61,278 bases of DNA, filler included, from Stramenopiles sp. TOSAG23-6 (GCA_900128565.1; 19 parts of 19 records of this genome joined end to end with filler, not necessarily neighbours in it); one strand, 5' to 3'. Numbered from the whole stretch's first letter, positions 48,566-61,278 are shown. Numbers and translations: made by a program. The notes: generated by a model from the sequence alone, not told the origin.

Positions 48566-51500
48566 TTTTTTTTTTTTTTTTTTTTTGTTAGGTATGAAAT
48601 TTCGTATGAAAAAAAAAATTTCAAAAAAATTTCAAAAAAAAAAAAAAAATTGATGTTGAAAACGTACATGAGTTTGTTTACATCTATACAGAAATCGACC
48701 ACAAGATTCTAATAAAGTACAACAGAGAATAATATTATGATTTTTAAAATCAAATAATAAAAATTTAAGAAATGAAAATGTCATCGAAGGAGGACAAATT
48801 CCAAATTTAGTTAATTGACTGATATACCGAATATTTTTACATTTTGATTCTAATCGTGTTCCTACAAATTTCTTATTTAAATAATAAAATTCTTTTTTCA
48901 ATGCAGCGACTAAGTATTATGAAAAAATATTTCAAAAAAAAAAAAACTAAAATATGTTAGGTACGAAATTTCGTATGAAAACCAAAAAAAAAAAAATTAA
49001 ATTAGAAATTCATATAAAACATACAATGGAGGAACAATATCTGTAAATATTGGATTTAGAATTGCAGCAAGACGAGAATAATAAGGTAGTAATTCTGTCT
49101 GATTTCGTGATACTCTGAAAATAGCTTGGACTAATCTACATGTATTGTGAAAAAAATATTTTTTTTTTATAAAATTTGTTAGGTACAAAAAAAAAATTTC
49201 AAAAAAAATTCTAAAAAAATTGTTAGGTACAACATTTCGTACGAAAAAAAAAAATCGATTTTTTCTGAAAAAAAAAAATAAAAACATACGTCTTGCACTT
49301 CTCGAATTTAGATAACAAAAATCCACTGCAAATTTATCTATACTTCTTTTGGTACAACATTTTGGCAACTCTAATAAAAGCTCTTCTAGAGCTAAAGATG
49401 GTCTTTCTAATGTGACGTCATCAAATAAGGATTTCATACCAAAATTATCATCATCATCATCATCATCAACATCATCTTCATCTTCTGTCTCTTGTTTTTT
49501 ATTTGTAGTTGTTATAGGTATCGTTTTATTACTTTTTTTTACTGAATTTGAACTAGAAAATTGCGATAATGCATATATTGAGAAAACATATTTCAAAAAA
49601 AAAATAAATTTTGTTAGGTACAACATTTCGTATGAAAAAATATTTTGATAAAAATCATAAAAATCATAAAAATGATAAAAATCATAAAAATCATAAAAAT
49701 CATAAAAATCATAAAAATGATAAAAATGATAAAAATGATAAAAATCATAAAAATCATAAAAATCATAAAAATGATAAAAACATACATCATCTAGAGTACC
49801 TGCTTTAAATGATACTTCTGGATTTTCTTTAGGATTATTGCTTATCGATGATGCTCTTAACTTTCGTGCGTTTTCACGATCTTTTTTCTTACCATCATGC
49901 TCCTGTAACAAAATGTCTGGTACTTGTTCAGTAATATCAGCAATTTCTGTATAAAAACTTAATTCATCACCATCAGCAAATGGACCATCTACTGTATTGT
50001 GAAAAAATATTTCAAAATTTTTTTACCTAAAAAAAAAAATTGTTAGGTATAAAATTTACTATAAAAAAAAAAAAAAAAAAAAAAATTGATTTTTTTTGAA
50101 AAAAAAATTTGATTTTTTTTTAAAAAAAAATCAAATTTTTTTTTCAAAAAAAATCAATTTTTTTTTTTTTTTTTTTTTTTATAGTAAATTTTATACCTAA
50201 CAATTTTTTTTTTTAGGTAAAAAAATTTTGAAATATTTTTTCACAATACAGTAGATGGTCCATTTGCTGATGGTGATGAATTAAGTTTTTATACAGAAAT
50301 TGCTGATATTACTGAACAAGTACCAGACATTTTGTTACAGGAGCATGATGGTAAGAAAAAAGATCGTGAAAACGCACGAAAGTTAAGAGCATCATCGATA
50401 AGCAATAATCCTAAAGAAAATCCAGAAGTATCATTTAAAGCAGGTACTCTAGATGATGTATGTTTTTATCATTTTTATGATTTTTATGATTTTTATGATT
50501 TTTATCATTTTTATCATTTTTATCATTTTTATGATTTTTATGATTTTTATGATTTTTATGATTTTTATCATTTTTATGATTTTTATGATTTTTATCAAAA
50601 TATTTTTTCATACGAAATGTTGTACCTAACAAAATTTATTTTTTTTTTGAAATATGTTTTCTCAATATATGCATTATCGCAATTTTCTAGTTCAAATTCA
50701 GTAAAAAAAAGTAATAAAACGATACCTATAACAACTACAAATAAAAAACAAGAGACAGAAGATGAAGATGATGTTGATGATGATGATGATGATGATAATT
50801 TTGGTATGAAATCCTTATTTGATGACGTCACATTAGAAAGACCATCTTTAGCTCTAGAAGAGCTTTTATTAGAGTTGCCAAAATGTTGTACCAAAAGAAG
50901 TATAGATAAATTTGCAGTGGATTTTTGTTATCTAAATTCGAGAAGTGCAAGACGTATGTTTTTATTTTTTTTTTTCAGAAAAAATCGATTTTTTTTTTTC
51001 GTACGAAATGTTGTACCTAACAATTTTTTTAGAATTTTTTTTGAAATTTTTTTTTTGTACCTAACAAATTTTATAAAAAAAAAATATTTTTTTCACAATA
51101 CATGTAGATTAGTCCAAGCTATTTTCAGAGTATCACGAAATCAGACAGAATTACTACCTTATTATTCTCGTCTTGCTGCAATTCTAAATCCAATATTTAC
51201 AGATATTGTTCCTCCATTGTATGTTTTATATGAATTTCTAATTTAATTTTTTTTTTTTTGGTTTTCATACGAAATTTCGTACCTAACATATTTTAGTTTT
51301 TTTTTTTTTGAAATATTTTTTCATAATACTTAGTCGCTGCATTGAAAAAAGAATTTTATTATTTAAATAAGAAATTTGTAGGAACACGATTAGAATCAAA
51401 ATGTAAAAATATTCGGTATATCAGTCAATTAACTAAATTTGGAATTTGTCCTCCTTCGATGACATTTTCATTTCTTAAATTTTTATTATTTGATTTTAAA

Positions 51501-51677
51501 AATCATAATATTATTCTCTGTTGTACTTTATTAGAATCTTGTGGTCGATTTCTGTATAGATGTAAACAAACTCATGTACGTTTTCAACATCAATTTTTTT
51601 TTTTTTTTTGAAATTTTTTTGAAATTTTTTTTTTCATACGAAATTTCATACCTAACAAAAAAAAAAAAAAAAAAAAA
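48566..51677. repeat. Whole-contig fold-back palindrome (centre 50121/50122)
   Basis: Mirror ORFs; the centre lies in the poly-T/A tract of an intron. Confidence 0.92.
50252..51575 (+). CDS. UPF2: UPF2 nonsense-mediated decay factor, internal MIF4G exons (mirror copy 48668-49991)
   Basis: FY..I.D....VP, LP.C.....ID..A.DF, LLPYYSRL.A.L, K.KNIRYI..LTKF, C.LLESCGRFLYR. Introns 50458-50670, 50954-51103, 51219-51331. Confidence 0.9.
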
Positions 51678-51832
51678 NNNNNNNNNNNNNNNNNNNNNNN
51701 NNNNNNNNNNNNNNNNNNNNNTTAATTAATTAANNNNNNNNNNNNNNNNNNNNNNNNNNNNNNNNNNNNNNNNNNNNAAAAAATTTTGTACCTAACAATT
51801 TTTTTTTTTTTAAATATTTTTCCGCAAAATAT

Positions 51833-52377
51833 CCATCAGAGTTATCAAATCGCAATGAAATTTCTGTAGATTTATTTGTGAAACAACTTGGATTGATTGG
51901 TGTTAATTCAAATATAAAGGAACGTGTTGCGCTTGCCCATGTACGTTTTAATCATACATTTTTTTTTTTTTTTTTTTTTCATAGAAAATTTTTTTTTTTT
52001 GGAAAATATTTTTTTTACAATACATTCTCAAAACAAACGACTTCGTTATCTTGCAGATATACATATCAGTAAAGATAATAATGTTTCGATTGATGTTGGC
52101 TTGAAAATGGTTGATGAAAAATCATCTCTTGGAAGCCTTCAAGGCACACAAAATATGTAGGTTTTTTTCATCATGAATTTTTAATTTTTTTTTCGTACGA
52201 AATTTCGTACCTAACAATTTTTTTTGAAATATTTTTTCACAATATAGGATTGATTTTCAGACTGAATTGTATCCAAATGGTTTGACCATTTCTGGTGCCG
52301 GTGCTGGTAGAGAATGTACAGCTAGTGGTGTATTGGCAGATGTTATTGAAATCATTAGAAGAACAGCATCAGAATAG
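51833..52377 (+). CDS. Homoserine dehydrogenase domain, last three exons
   Basis: RLRYLA, SLQGTQNM|IDFQTELY, L.ISGAGAG...TASGVLAD. Introns 51941-52025 (GT-AT) and 52157-52247 (GT-AG). Confidence 0.9.
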
Positions 52378-52535
52378 TTATTTTTTAAAATGTTAAAAAA
52401 AATCAAAAATCAAGAAAGAGTGTAAAAATATTTTTTTTTGTACCAAATTTTTGAACCAATTGTAATTTTAGTTAGGGTTATAAAAAATCGTATACATTTT
52501 ATTCATTTAATTTTGATACCATATAGTTTACTACG

Positions 52536-54020
52536 TCACTGATCAAAACCCCAGGATGATACAATATCATCTTCGATAGTCTGTAAACAACTATTACAAA
52601 TAATAGACTTATGGTCAAGTACACCACAATCATTTATAGTACATGAGTATTGTGAAAAATATTTCTTTTTTCTAGAATTGTTTTTTGTTAAGTATGAAAT
52701 TTACTATGAAAAAAAAAATTAAATTTGAAATTGAAATGAATGATAAAAACGTATTCATCGCAAACATATTTCTTGCATTGAGTGCATGTATTTTTTGTAG
52801 ATCGAAATAATCCAAATATGGCGCCACAGCATTCGCATCTATTTTTTTCATCGCCATCAATTTTCTTCGAAGCTTCATCATCTGATACATTTGATACACT
52901 TCCATCGAATATTTTTCCTTTTGATTTTGAAATTGCTGAATGTAAAGCGTTTATCCATGATTTTGTATCTAAATGCTTTTATCATCATTCGACTGACTAT
53001 ATAAAAATATTGTGAAATCCTTTCTTCGTAATGGAACAATACTTACTGATTTGATTTCACTAACTAGAATTGAACTTGGAGATTTGGCTGTAAACATATG
53101 AGTGTAAATTAATTCTCTCGGTAATAACCAAAATTTTCGATTTCCCCATTTTCCATGAAGTGCATCTCTCTTCTCAAGTGTTCCTGATAAAAGTAGTGCA
53201 TTCTTTGATGCAGTAACGCAACTTTGAATTGCATTTGCCCAATCAGACAGAGAAGATTGATTACTATCTCTCATAATGTATTGCGAACCACAACTAGAAA
53301 TTTCCAGTGTTGTACCATGTATTGTGAAAAAACAAATTACTTAAGAAAAATCGTTAGGTACGAAATTTCGTATGAAAAAAAAATTAAATTAGAAATTCAT
53401 ACAAAACGTACACCAGATGCTCCATTCAATATATTTAAAGTGAGATCAGCCACAATAAAAAGAGTATTAAATCCCTGACGATCTTCTCTTTGGTAACGGA
53501 ATGTTCGTGTTGTTAATATACACTCCCGCTTGGAAAAAATGCGTGTAAATTTACCCTTTTTTTCTAATATTCCACGTTTTACCTCTCTTGCAACGTGAGG
53601 CATTGAAGTATCTACACTCACACCTCTCGTTGCTGACATGCATTTATCACAAGATCTCTGCAAGGTATTTGCTCCCTCTATATCTAATTTATGTTGACTA
53701 CATTCAGCACATACGACGATTCCACAAGCTCTACAGTGGTGTCGTCGGCAACGTGTAGAAAATTGAACTTTGCAAAGACAACAACTTGGACTTGAGATAT
53801 CTGCTTGCCAGTCAACACCTAAATGTCTTGAAGAAATTGACCTTCGCTCTGCCTGCTTTTGGTCACCTTTAAACTTTATCTTTAGCTTCTCTTTTGCAGC
53901 CTGAATGCGTTTGTACATGACTGGCGAATTGATTGTCGTTTCGAAAATGTATTCAGTAACAAAATTTTCTATATTCTTCTGAGATCTTCGCACAATAAAA
54001 GTATCAATTGTCGTGTTCAT
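52536..54020 (-). CDS. FYVE-PH-PH-FYVE-like protein with an apparent frameshift near 52975
   Basis: WQAD..C..C..F..RRHHCRACG.VC..C, two PH domains, CECC..F..CTQCKKYVCDEC..CNSC. Introns 53317-53411 and 52645-52754. Confidence 0.85.
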
Positions 54021-54272
54021 GTTGATGATGCCATCGTGACGTCATCGATGGTCATCGTGTCAAAAATGCCTGCATCAAGTCAGCGTCACAGCGTCAGTCC
54101 ATTCTTAAATTCGTCAGGTTGCTCTAGCTAGCTAGGAATACCGATACCGATAGTTCCGGGTCAACGTGGCGTCAACTGGTACCGCTAGTAACAATCATTT
54201 GTCTCCCATTTGTGCGAGTCGTTGAATTATTACTTCGCATTTGATTTCACAGCCACATTTTCAATCATAAAA

Positions 54273-54816
54273 ATGAAGTTTCTTCAATACATGTTATTCG
54301 CAGTTTCACTGGGAGGGGTATTTTCCGCGAATCCCTCTAACCCTAGTAGTAGTCCTAGTTACATAGATGCAGGACCATTGAAAAAAACAACAATAACTAA
54401 ACCATCTAAAGTTCAAAATGAAAGACAAAGGCAAAAGATGGCGCAAAAGNNNNNNNNNNNNNNNNNNNNNNNNNNNNNNNNNNNNNNNNNNNNNNNNNNN
54501 NNNNNNNNNNNNNNNNNNNNNNNNNNNNNNNNNNNNNNNNNNNNNNNNNNNNNNNNNNNNNNNNNNNNNNNNNNNNNNNNNNNNNNNNNNNNNCCCTCAA
54601 CCCCAACCTGAAGTTACTGACATGTTTGCTAAATTAGTCCAAGATAGTCAAGGCGATAACGGTAGTGAAAAAGAAAAAGATATTCGTGAAGAATTTAATG
54701 AAGCTGCCTTTGGTGTGGATGATATTCCGAGAACACGGACTAGAACGTATTCCCCATATTCTCCTGAGAGTATGGGTGATATATTCGATGTAATTGATCG
54801 TACGAGTCCAATTTGA
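54273..54816 (+). CDS. Small secreted hypothetical protein (internal N gap)
   Basis: Signal peptide MKFLQYMLFAVSLGGVFS; PQPQPE after the gap. Confidence 0.55.
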
Positions 54817-55066
54817 TTTCTATGATGAAGAGTTACATGTATTTTGGAAAAATATTTAAAAAAAAAACTTAAATTTGTTNNNNNNNNNNNNNNNNNNNNN
54901 NNNNNNNNNNNNNNNNNNNNNNNTTAATTAATTAANNNNNNNNNNNNNNNNNNNNNNNNNNNNNNNNNNNNNNNNNNNNAATATTATTTTTTTTATTATA
55001 AAAAATTCGTTAGGTACAATTTTTTTTTCGGGGAAAAAAAATTGAAATTCCATTTTCAAAACTCAC

Positions 55067-56032
55067 CATCAGGGTTAGGATTATCCTCCAAATACCAACC
55101 TCGCCAATTGAAACCTCGTGGCATATTATTTACAATCACAAGAACATCTTTACCATCAACACGAGCAATTCGTTGAACAGATGGTGTATGTGCTCAAGGA
55201 AAATATCTAAAAAAAAAAAAAATAGGTACAAAATTTGGTATGAAAAAAACGATAAAAAAATTCAATTTTGAAAAACGTACAGAGTAATTCTGAAAGTATA
55301 CATCTATTGCTAGTCCATCTGTATCTAAATAATCATTCACTTTTGAAATATCAAGTTTCATATTTGGATTTTCTGTTTCGCCGTATTTACGCCACGAACC
55401 TTCAATTTTTTCCATTGAAGGCTCGAAAAGAGTATATATTTTGAGAAAATATTTTAAAATAAATTGTTAGGTACACATATTTTTTTACGGAAAAAAAATT
55501 AAATTTTTGAAATGTGAAAACAAACATGTTTCAGATGAGCACCTTGATCAGGTTCATCCATTAGTAATTCATATAAAGTTCGTAAGCCTGCAGAAAGCCA
55601 CATTTCATGAAGATATATTGTAAAAAAATATTTCAAAAATTTCATTTTGTTTTCTTAAGTAAATATATTCGTATGAAAAAAAATATTTGAAATTTAATTT
55701 TGAAAACGTACATAATCGAATGAAGAGTCAATATTAATTATACTATTTTTCAAATAAACTTCTAATTCATTTGGAGTAATTATTATGTTTATTGGATTAG
55801 TTTTTGTATCAAATTCTGTACCTAAAGAAATTTCTCTAACTTTTTCGATTTCCTTTGTAAAAGCATCTTTAATCTCCTTTTTAAAGTATTCAATAGTTAT
55901 GCCATTTTTAATATCTGTATTACATACTAAAATTCTTATTCTTGGTCGAAATGTAGGAGATAATCCAACTCTTCTTGCAATGGCAGGAATCTCATCACTC
56001 ATTAAACATGAGTTTTTAAATTCCCGTCCTTC
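55067..56032 (-). CDS. Four internal exons of an unidentified protein
   Basis: GT-AT introns 55613-55711, 55434-55525 and 55188-55280 give one continuous open frame. Confidence 0.65.
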
Positions 56033-56056
56033 ATGTGTAGTGAAAAAAAATTTTTT

Positions 56057-57091
56057 TTAGTAAACATTTTTTTGTGAGCGTATAGTCTCTCTATCTTCAA
56101 TAGTCCTATATATTGTCATATATATTTCATCTGCATATTTGCTATTTATAGATTCTACAAATCCTCTTGAAAGTATTTTCCAATCACGAATTAAATCGTC
56201 CTCTGAAATTTTTAATCTAGCTATATCTGGATGTTTCATCATTAAGCAAAAAAACGAATTGTGCTGTTGATCGGTTGCAAGAGTTTTATCGCCAATCTTG
56301 TACGCAAAAGTTCCATTATCTGATAGGTAACTTACAAATTTTTGTAAATATCGTTTATGATGTCTCGACGCAGCTGTCACTCTTTTAGGGTCTTTATCAA
56401 AACCTGTCCATAATACCATTGCAACATTTTCAACTCTATTAAAACAACCACCCCTATGATCAAAACACCAAGGAATGATTCTATCTAAGTATACAGTAGG
56501 TATTCTCCAATCAATTGGAACGTCTTTTGATTTTTCAATCAAATCCTTCACCAGTTTTTCACCTGAAGCGTCTCGAACAGGTCTGAAGAATCCTTGAATC
56601 CATGGAGGAAAGACCAAAGGTATTTTAGCATTGATTTTCGTCCCAATATGACTCAATTTTGATTCTTTTTTTTCTTTTGAAGATAGAATATATTGCCAAT
56701 CGTCTTTGATACTATCTTGTAAAAGCTGTGAATCCGGGTCAAAAGGAAATTCTTCTGCAGTGAAACCGTATTCTTCTGGATCAGCTTTATACACTTTATA
56801 AAAAATTTTTGACTGTTCCACTACCATGTTGAATAAAATATCTCGTGCTCTTTCAATATTTTCAAGATGTTCAGCAGATTCCGCAAGCTCAGGGAAGGGC
56901 TCAGGCTCAGGCTCAGATAGCAGCTCAACTTGAGGCGATGATAAATCAGTGAGTCCGATTGCTCCACCTCGCAGTCTTGATATTGTCGAGTTTTTGGAAC
57001 AGAGAACACGTAAATATCGAACGATGACGGGACTTACACAAAGTAAAAGTAGTGATACTACAATTGCAAGTAATGTACGTAGATTCAGCAT
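56057..57091 (-). CDS. Hypothetical protein with N-terminal signal/anchor
   Basis: 344-aa ORF with hydrophobic N-terminus followed by RLRGG; link to the downstream exons is uncertain. Confidence 0.7.
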   Translation of the reverse strand: MLNLRTLLAIVVSLLLLCVSPVIVRYLRVLCSKNSTISRLRGGAIGLTDLSSPQVELLSEPEPEPFPELAESAEHLENIERARDILFNMVVEQSKIFYKVYKADPEEYGFTAEEFPFDPDSQLLQDSIKDDWQYILSSKEKKESKLSHIGTKINAKIPLVFPPWIQGFFRPVRDASGEKLVKDLIEKSKDVPIDWRIPTVYLDRIIPWCFDHRGGCFNRVENVAMVLWTGFDKDPKRVTAASRHHKRYLQKFVSYLSDNGTFAYKIGDKTLATDQQHNSFFCLMMKHPDIARLKISEDDLIRDWKILSRGFVESINSKYADEIYMTIYRTIEDRETIRSQKNVY

Positions 57092-57406
57092 CTTTAATGG
57101 TTCTTTAGTTCAACGAAAAAATGCTCTACGAGTGATGCAAAATAAATGGTACCCGAGTGAATGGTTAGCAAAGTAGCTACAAACTGACTGGACGAACACT
57201 GTCAAAAATTAAAACCCTTAATTAATTTAATTGAAAATGAATTCGCGACCGACAACGACAGGTTTGTCGGTTTAAAAATTTGAAAACTTGATTTTTCGAT
57301 TTTTTCAAACACGAACAATAACGACAATAACAACAAAAAAATATAAAAAAACAAAAAATACTTTTTTAATTTTGTAGAGTAAATTCAAATAGAACGGACT
57401 TATAAT

Positions 57407-58079
57407 ATGTTTTCACGAAAAAATTGGTTACTTTCAAAGTCTGAAATGGGCACCATCTGGGCGGAGGCCTTAGGAAGTCTTGTGTATTGCTTCATCGCAT
57501 CAGCAGTCGTTGCTAGTACTAACTTAGCTGGAGCGAGTAATGCCGTACGTAAAATTAGAAAACTTTGATAAGCGTTCTTTGTTTCACTTTATCCATAGAC
57601 TATATTCTAGATTTTTCAACTCACTCTTTCTACAATTTTCCTATTATTCCCACTAATAGCCCGCAACAATGACACCAACCCGCCTTGTGACAATTGCTCT
57701 TGCACATGGTTTTGCATATACAGTTGGAATCTTCTTTACTGCACGAACTACTAGGGCAGGTTTGGGTTACTTAAACCCTGCAATAACGTTTGCAATGGTT
57801 TGCATAAATCCTGTGTCGAATAGCTACACATGGTATGACTCGCGCTATCCTGGCTTAGTTCGTGGCCTTTTTCTTGCATTTGCTCAGCTTGGTGGGTCTG
57901 TTCTTGGCACATTTCTAGTAATTGTTGTTATTCCATTAGCTGGCAGAACTCCAGCTTCGATAGGTGTACCAGTAATGAATCATGGTATGACATCTTCAAG
58001 TTCATTCATGCTTGAAGTTTTGGGTACATTTTTTCTTACATTTGTGATTCTAGCTTGCGAATGTCGAAGCCCAAGAAAT
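57407..58079 (+). CDS. Aquaporin/MIP channel, 5' part (exons 57407-57544, 57660-)
   Basis: AEALGS, GYLNPAITF, AQLGG, EVLGTFFL. Conventional GT-AG intron with CTAAT next to the acceptor. Confidence 0.9.
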
Positions 58080-59399
58080 NNNNNNNNNNNNNNNNNNNNN
58101 NNNNNNNNNNNNNNNNNNNNNNNTTAATTAATTAANNNNNNNNNNNNNNNNNNNNNNNNNNNNNNNNNNNNNNNNNNNNCTAGCTAAAGCCCTAGCTAAA
58201 GCCCTGGCTATATTTTGCATAAAAACAGGGGAACGAAAATGTTTTGCATTAAAAGAGGGGAACAAAAATGTTTTGCACAGTTTCCCCTAACCCTAACCCT
58301 AACTCTCAAAAAGGTTCCCCTTGCATTAAAGATGTAATAATGGCATTAGAATGACATATTGAAGACCCACAAGAGTCTATACACATGTATTTTATCATCA
58401 ATTGTACTAAGTTGGTTCATTGCTTTATTCCTTTAATGTGAAAATGATGGTTCCCCTGTTTTCTATGGGGTGGTCCAAAAATAACATCCCTCCGTCATCT
58501 ACTTTTCCTTAAAAATAAACATCCCGTCAAGTTCTACTTATGATCCCGGTAACATCAAAAAATTAAATATGAAAAAAAATGAAAAAAAAAATAAAAAAAA
58601 ATACACACAGGGGATTGAAACGACATCCTCAAGGAACAAAAAAAAAACAGGACACATAAACTCAATCGGTAAGTGAAGTCCTCGCTCAGCGGTGTCCCCA
58701 AATGGCGTTATCACTTTTTATCAAAACAATATATATATACCATGAATTCAAAATTATAATATCATTATTAGGGTCATGTAATACATCTTTTGGTGAAACA
58801 AAACTATTACATTCAACTATGTAACAATGACAATATATGCATACAAACAATGTCATTGATGAGAGATTCTAGCATGAATCTCCAACAAGTTTAATTTAAA
58901 ATGTAATGTTAAATAAAACAAAAACACTTGTAAACTTCTATGTATTTTATTAAGAAAAAACAAACAGAAACAAGCGCACACAAACCCATTTTGCACAAAC
59001 TTACTGACTCTTTACACTTGCAGAATTCTGGCAAGATTAAAACACAACAATTCATGCACTGGCTAGCAATTCAAACTACAATTTGAGCGACACCATAACA
59101 CTCTCAGTGCACAAGATACTTTCTCTTTCACATGTATCTTGTAACCACTAAGGTAGTTACTCTTTGTTTGCTCGTTGCAAAACGGCCTGTCAAATTTTGA
59201 TGGGTCGAACCCCAACCCTCACTAATGTCCTATATCCGGATTTTAAAGATCCGGATACCCAAAATTCTACAATTCTCCATTTCCAATTATTTTTCCCCAA
59301 CATCATGTATATGGTAATGTAAAGCAAGAATTAATGGAGTTGATGAATCATTCAATTGAAATGAAATGATTCATATATAATATATTTACTTTTGAAAAC

Positions 59400-60135
59400 A
59401 AAACATGCTGCAGTTGGTGCTGCAGTTGGTGCTGGTGATGCAGTTGTTGGTGTGGCTGTTGGTGCTGCAGTTGATGTTGCTGTTGTTGCTGGTGATGCAG
59501 TTGTTGGTGCAGCTATTGGTGCTGGTGATGCAGTTGTTGGTGCAGTTGTTGGTGCTACAGTTAGTGCTGGTGATGCAGTTGTTGGTGCAGTTGTTGGTGC
59601 AGCTGTTGGTGTTGCAGTTAGTGCTGGTGGTTGTTGGTGCGGATGTTGGTGTTGCCGTTGGTGATGCAGTTGTTGGTGCTGCAGTTAGTGCTGGTGATGC
59701 AGTTGTTGGTGCNGCTGTTGGTGCTGCAGTTGTTGTTGCCATTGGTGCTGGTGCTGCAGTTGTTGGTGCTGCAGTTGGTGTTGCCATTGGTTCTGGTGTT
59801 GCCGTTGGTGGTGCAGTTGTTAGCGCTGCAGTTGGTGTTGCCGTTGGTGTTGGTGTTCTAGGTTGTTGGTGCGGCTGTTGGTGATGTAGTTGTTAGCGGT
59901 GCAGTTGGTGATGCAGTTGTTGGCGCAGTTGTTGGTGCNGCTGTTGGTGATGCATTTGGTGCTGCCGTTGGTGGTGATGCAGTTGTTGGTGCTGGTGATG
60001 CAGTTGTTGGTGCGGCCGTTGGTGTTGCCGTTGGTGATGCAGTTGTTGGTGCTGCAGTTAGTGTTGGTGATGCAGTTGTTGGTGCGGCTGTTAGTGATGC
60101 AGTTGGTGCTGGTGATGCAGTTGTTGGTGTGGCTA
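59400..60135 (-). CDS. Mucin-like Thr/Ala/Pro repeat exon (PTTAAPT), frameshifted in the assembly
   Basis: Degenerate ACCAACAACTGCAGC tandem repeats encoding APTTASP/AAPT, bounded by AT-rich sequence. Confidence 0.6.
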
Positions 60136-60189
60136 TTATAGTATTATTATATATTATACAATCATGAAACCAAAAAAAACAAAAAACTG

Positions 60190-60780
60190 TACAATGATGT
60201 CAACAATATATCAATTATAATATAAAACAAATGAATAATATAAATTTGAATAGTAGTAGTATCAATTGTAATATATAAAATATGTACAATAATGTCAACA
60301 GTATATCAATTATAATATAAAACAAATGAATAATATGAAGAATAATATAAATTTGAATAGTAGTAGTATCATGTAATATTCTATTGTACATATTATAATA
60401 ATATTCTATTGTAGATATTATAAATACAATAATATTCTATTGCAATAATATTATATTGTACATATTATAATAATATTCTATTGTAGAATTATAAATACAA
60501 TAATATTCTATTGCAATAATATTCTATTGTACATATTATAATAATATTCTATTGTACATATTATAATAATATTCTATTGTAGATATATTATGTAATATTC
60601 TATTGTAGATATTAATGTCAACAATATATCAATTATAATATAAAACAAATGAATAATATAAAGAATAATATAAATTTGAATAGTAGTAGTATCAATTATA
60701 ATATATAAAATATGTACAATAATGTCAACAATATATCAATTATAATATAAAACAAATGTAATATGAAGAATAATATTGAT
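60190..60780. repeat. AT-rich nested tandem repeats
   Basis: Recurring TAATATTCTATTGTACATATTA and ATCAATTATAATATAAAACAAATG units. Confidence 0.8.
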
Positions 60781-61278
60781 TTGAAATCCAGTATCATAAC
60801 AATTTGTATAAACTCAACTTAACACAACAACAACTACAATGTGTTTTGACTCTACATAACTGGATTGAATAAATGGGAATAATTTGTAATAATTTGTTTT
60901 TTACACTTTTATCAATATACATTCATATTATTGTATCTTTTGAAGTAATTGAGCTATTGTAAAACTTTTGACATTTTTAAAAACACAATAAGTAGACGTT
61001 TCTATATAATATACAACATCAATACTGCGGTATGTATGTACATCAATAGATACAATACAAACCATGTATGAAATAATTTGTAATGTAATGTAAAAATAAT
61101 GTAAAATGTAATAATTTGTAATAATTGGGAATAATTTGAAATAATTCATGATGTAATGTAATTTAAAATGTAGTGTAAATATGTAGTGTGAAGTTTTGTT
61201 GTGTTTAGTAATGTTTATTTTCCTGTATTTTTTTATGTTGTTTTTCAAAATCAAAATGGACAGTTACAGGTATGTGAT

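Noticed and set aside
52969-52971. Stop-codon reassignment
   Set aside because: TAA, TAG and TGA all terminate genes here, and this TAG is explained by a frameshift.
56033-56065. 33-nt GT-AT mini-intron joining 56066-57091 to the downstream exons
   Set aside because: It is in frame but lacks the core and is far shorter than the others. A collapsed or mis-joined repeat cannot be excluded, so it was not counted.
58180-59380. Possible ncRNA or tRNA fragments in the non-coding stretch
   Set aside because: No cloverleaf or snRNA motif that I can support.

Overview
Eukaryotic, AT-rich genomic DNA, most likely from an uncultured flagellated protist (inference from a ciliary NWE-motif gene and a WAVE-complex NCKAP1 gene). 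The window is about 19 short contigs joined by an artificial N-TTAATTAATTAA-N linker. It carries fold-back inversions typical of whole-genome amplification (16237-19379, 48566-51677) and one duplicated contig (29197-32001 = reverse complement of 35995-38799). About 35 genes or gene fragments are recognisable, mostly in compact head-to-head pairs. The main result is the intron system. Most introns (about 85-170 nt) share one architecture: GTAYGTTTT...TTTCGTACGAAATTTTGTACCTAAC...AAATATTTTTCACAATAC-NN. Restoring reading frames and conserved protein motifs by hand requires that most do not end in AG. Of about 41 introns with both ends visible I count 26 GT-AT, 8 GT-AG, 2 GT-TT, 1 GT-GT, 1 GT-CT, 2 AT-AT and 1 AT-TC. 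This points to an introner-like family spliced by a machinery with a position-defined, AG-independent 3' splice site. All protein calls come from motif recognition, not database searches, and no transcript data are available.
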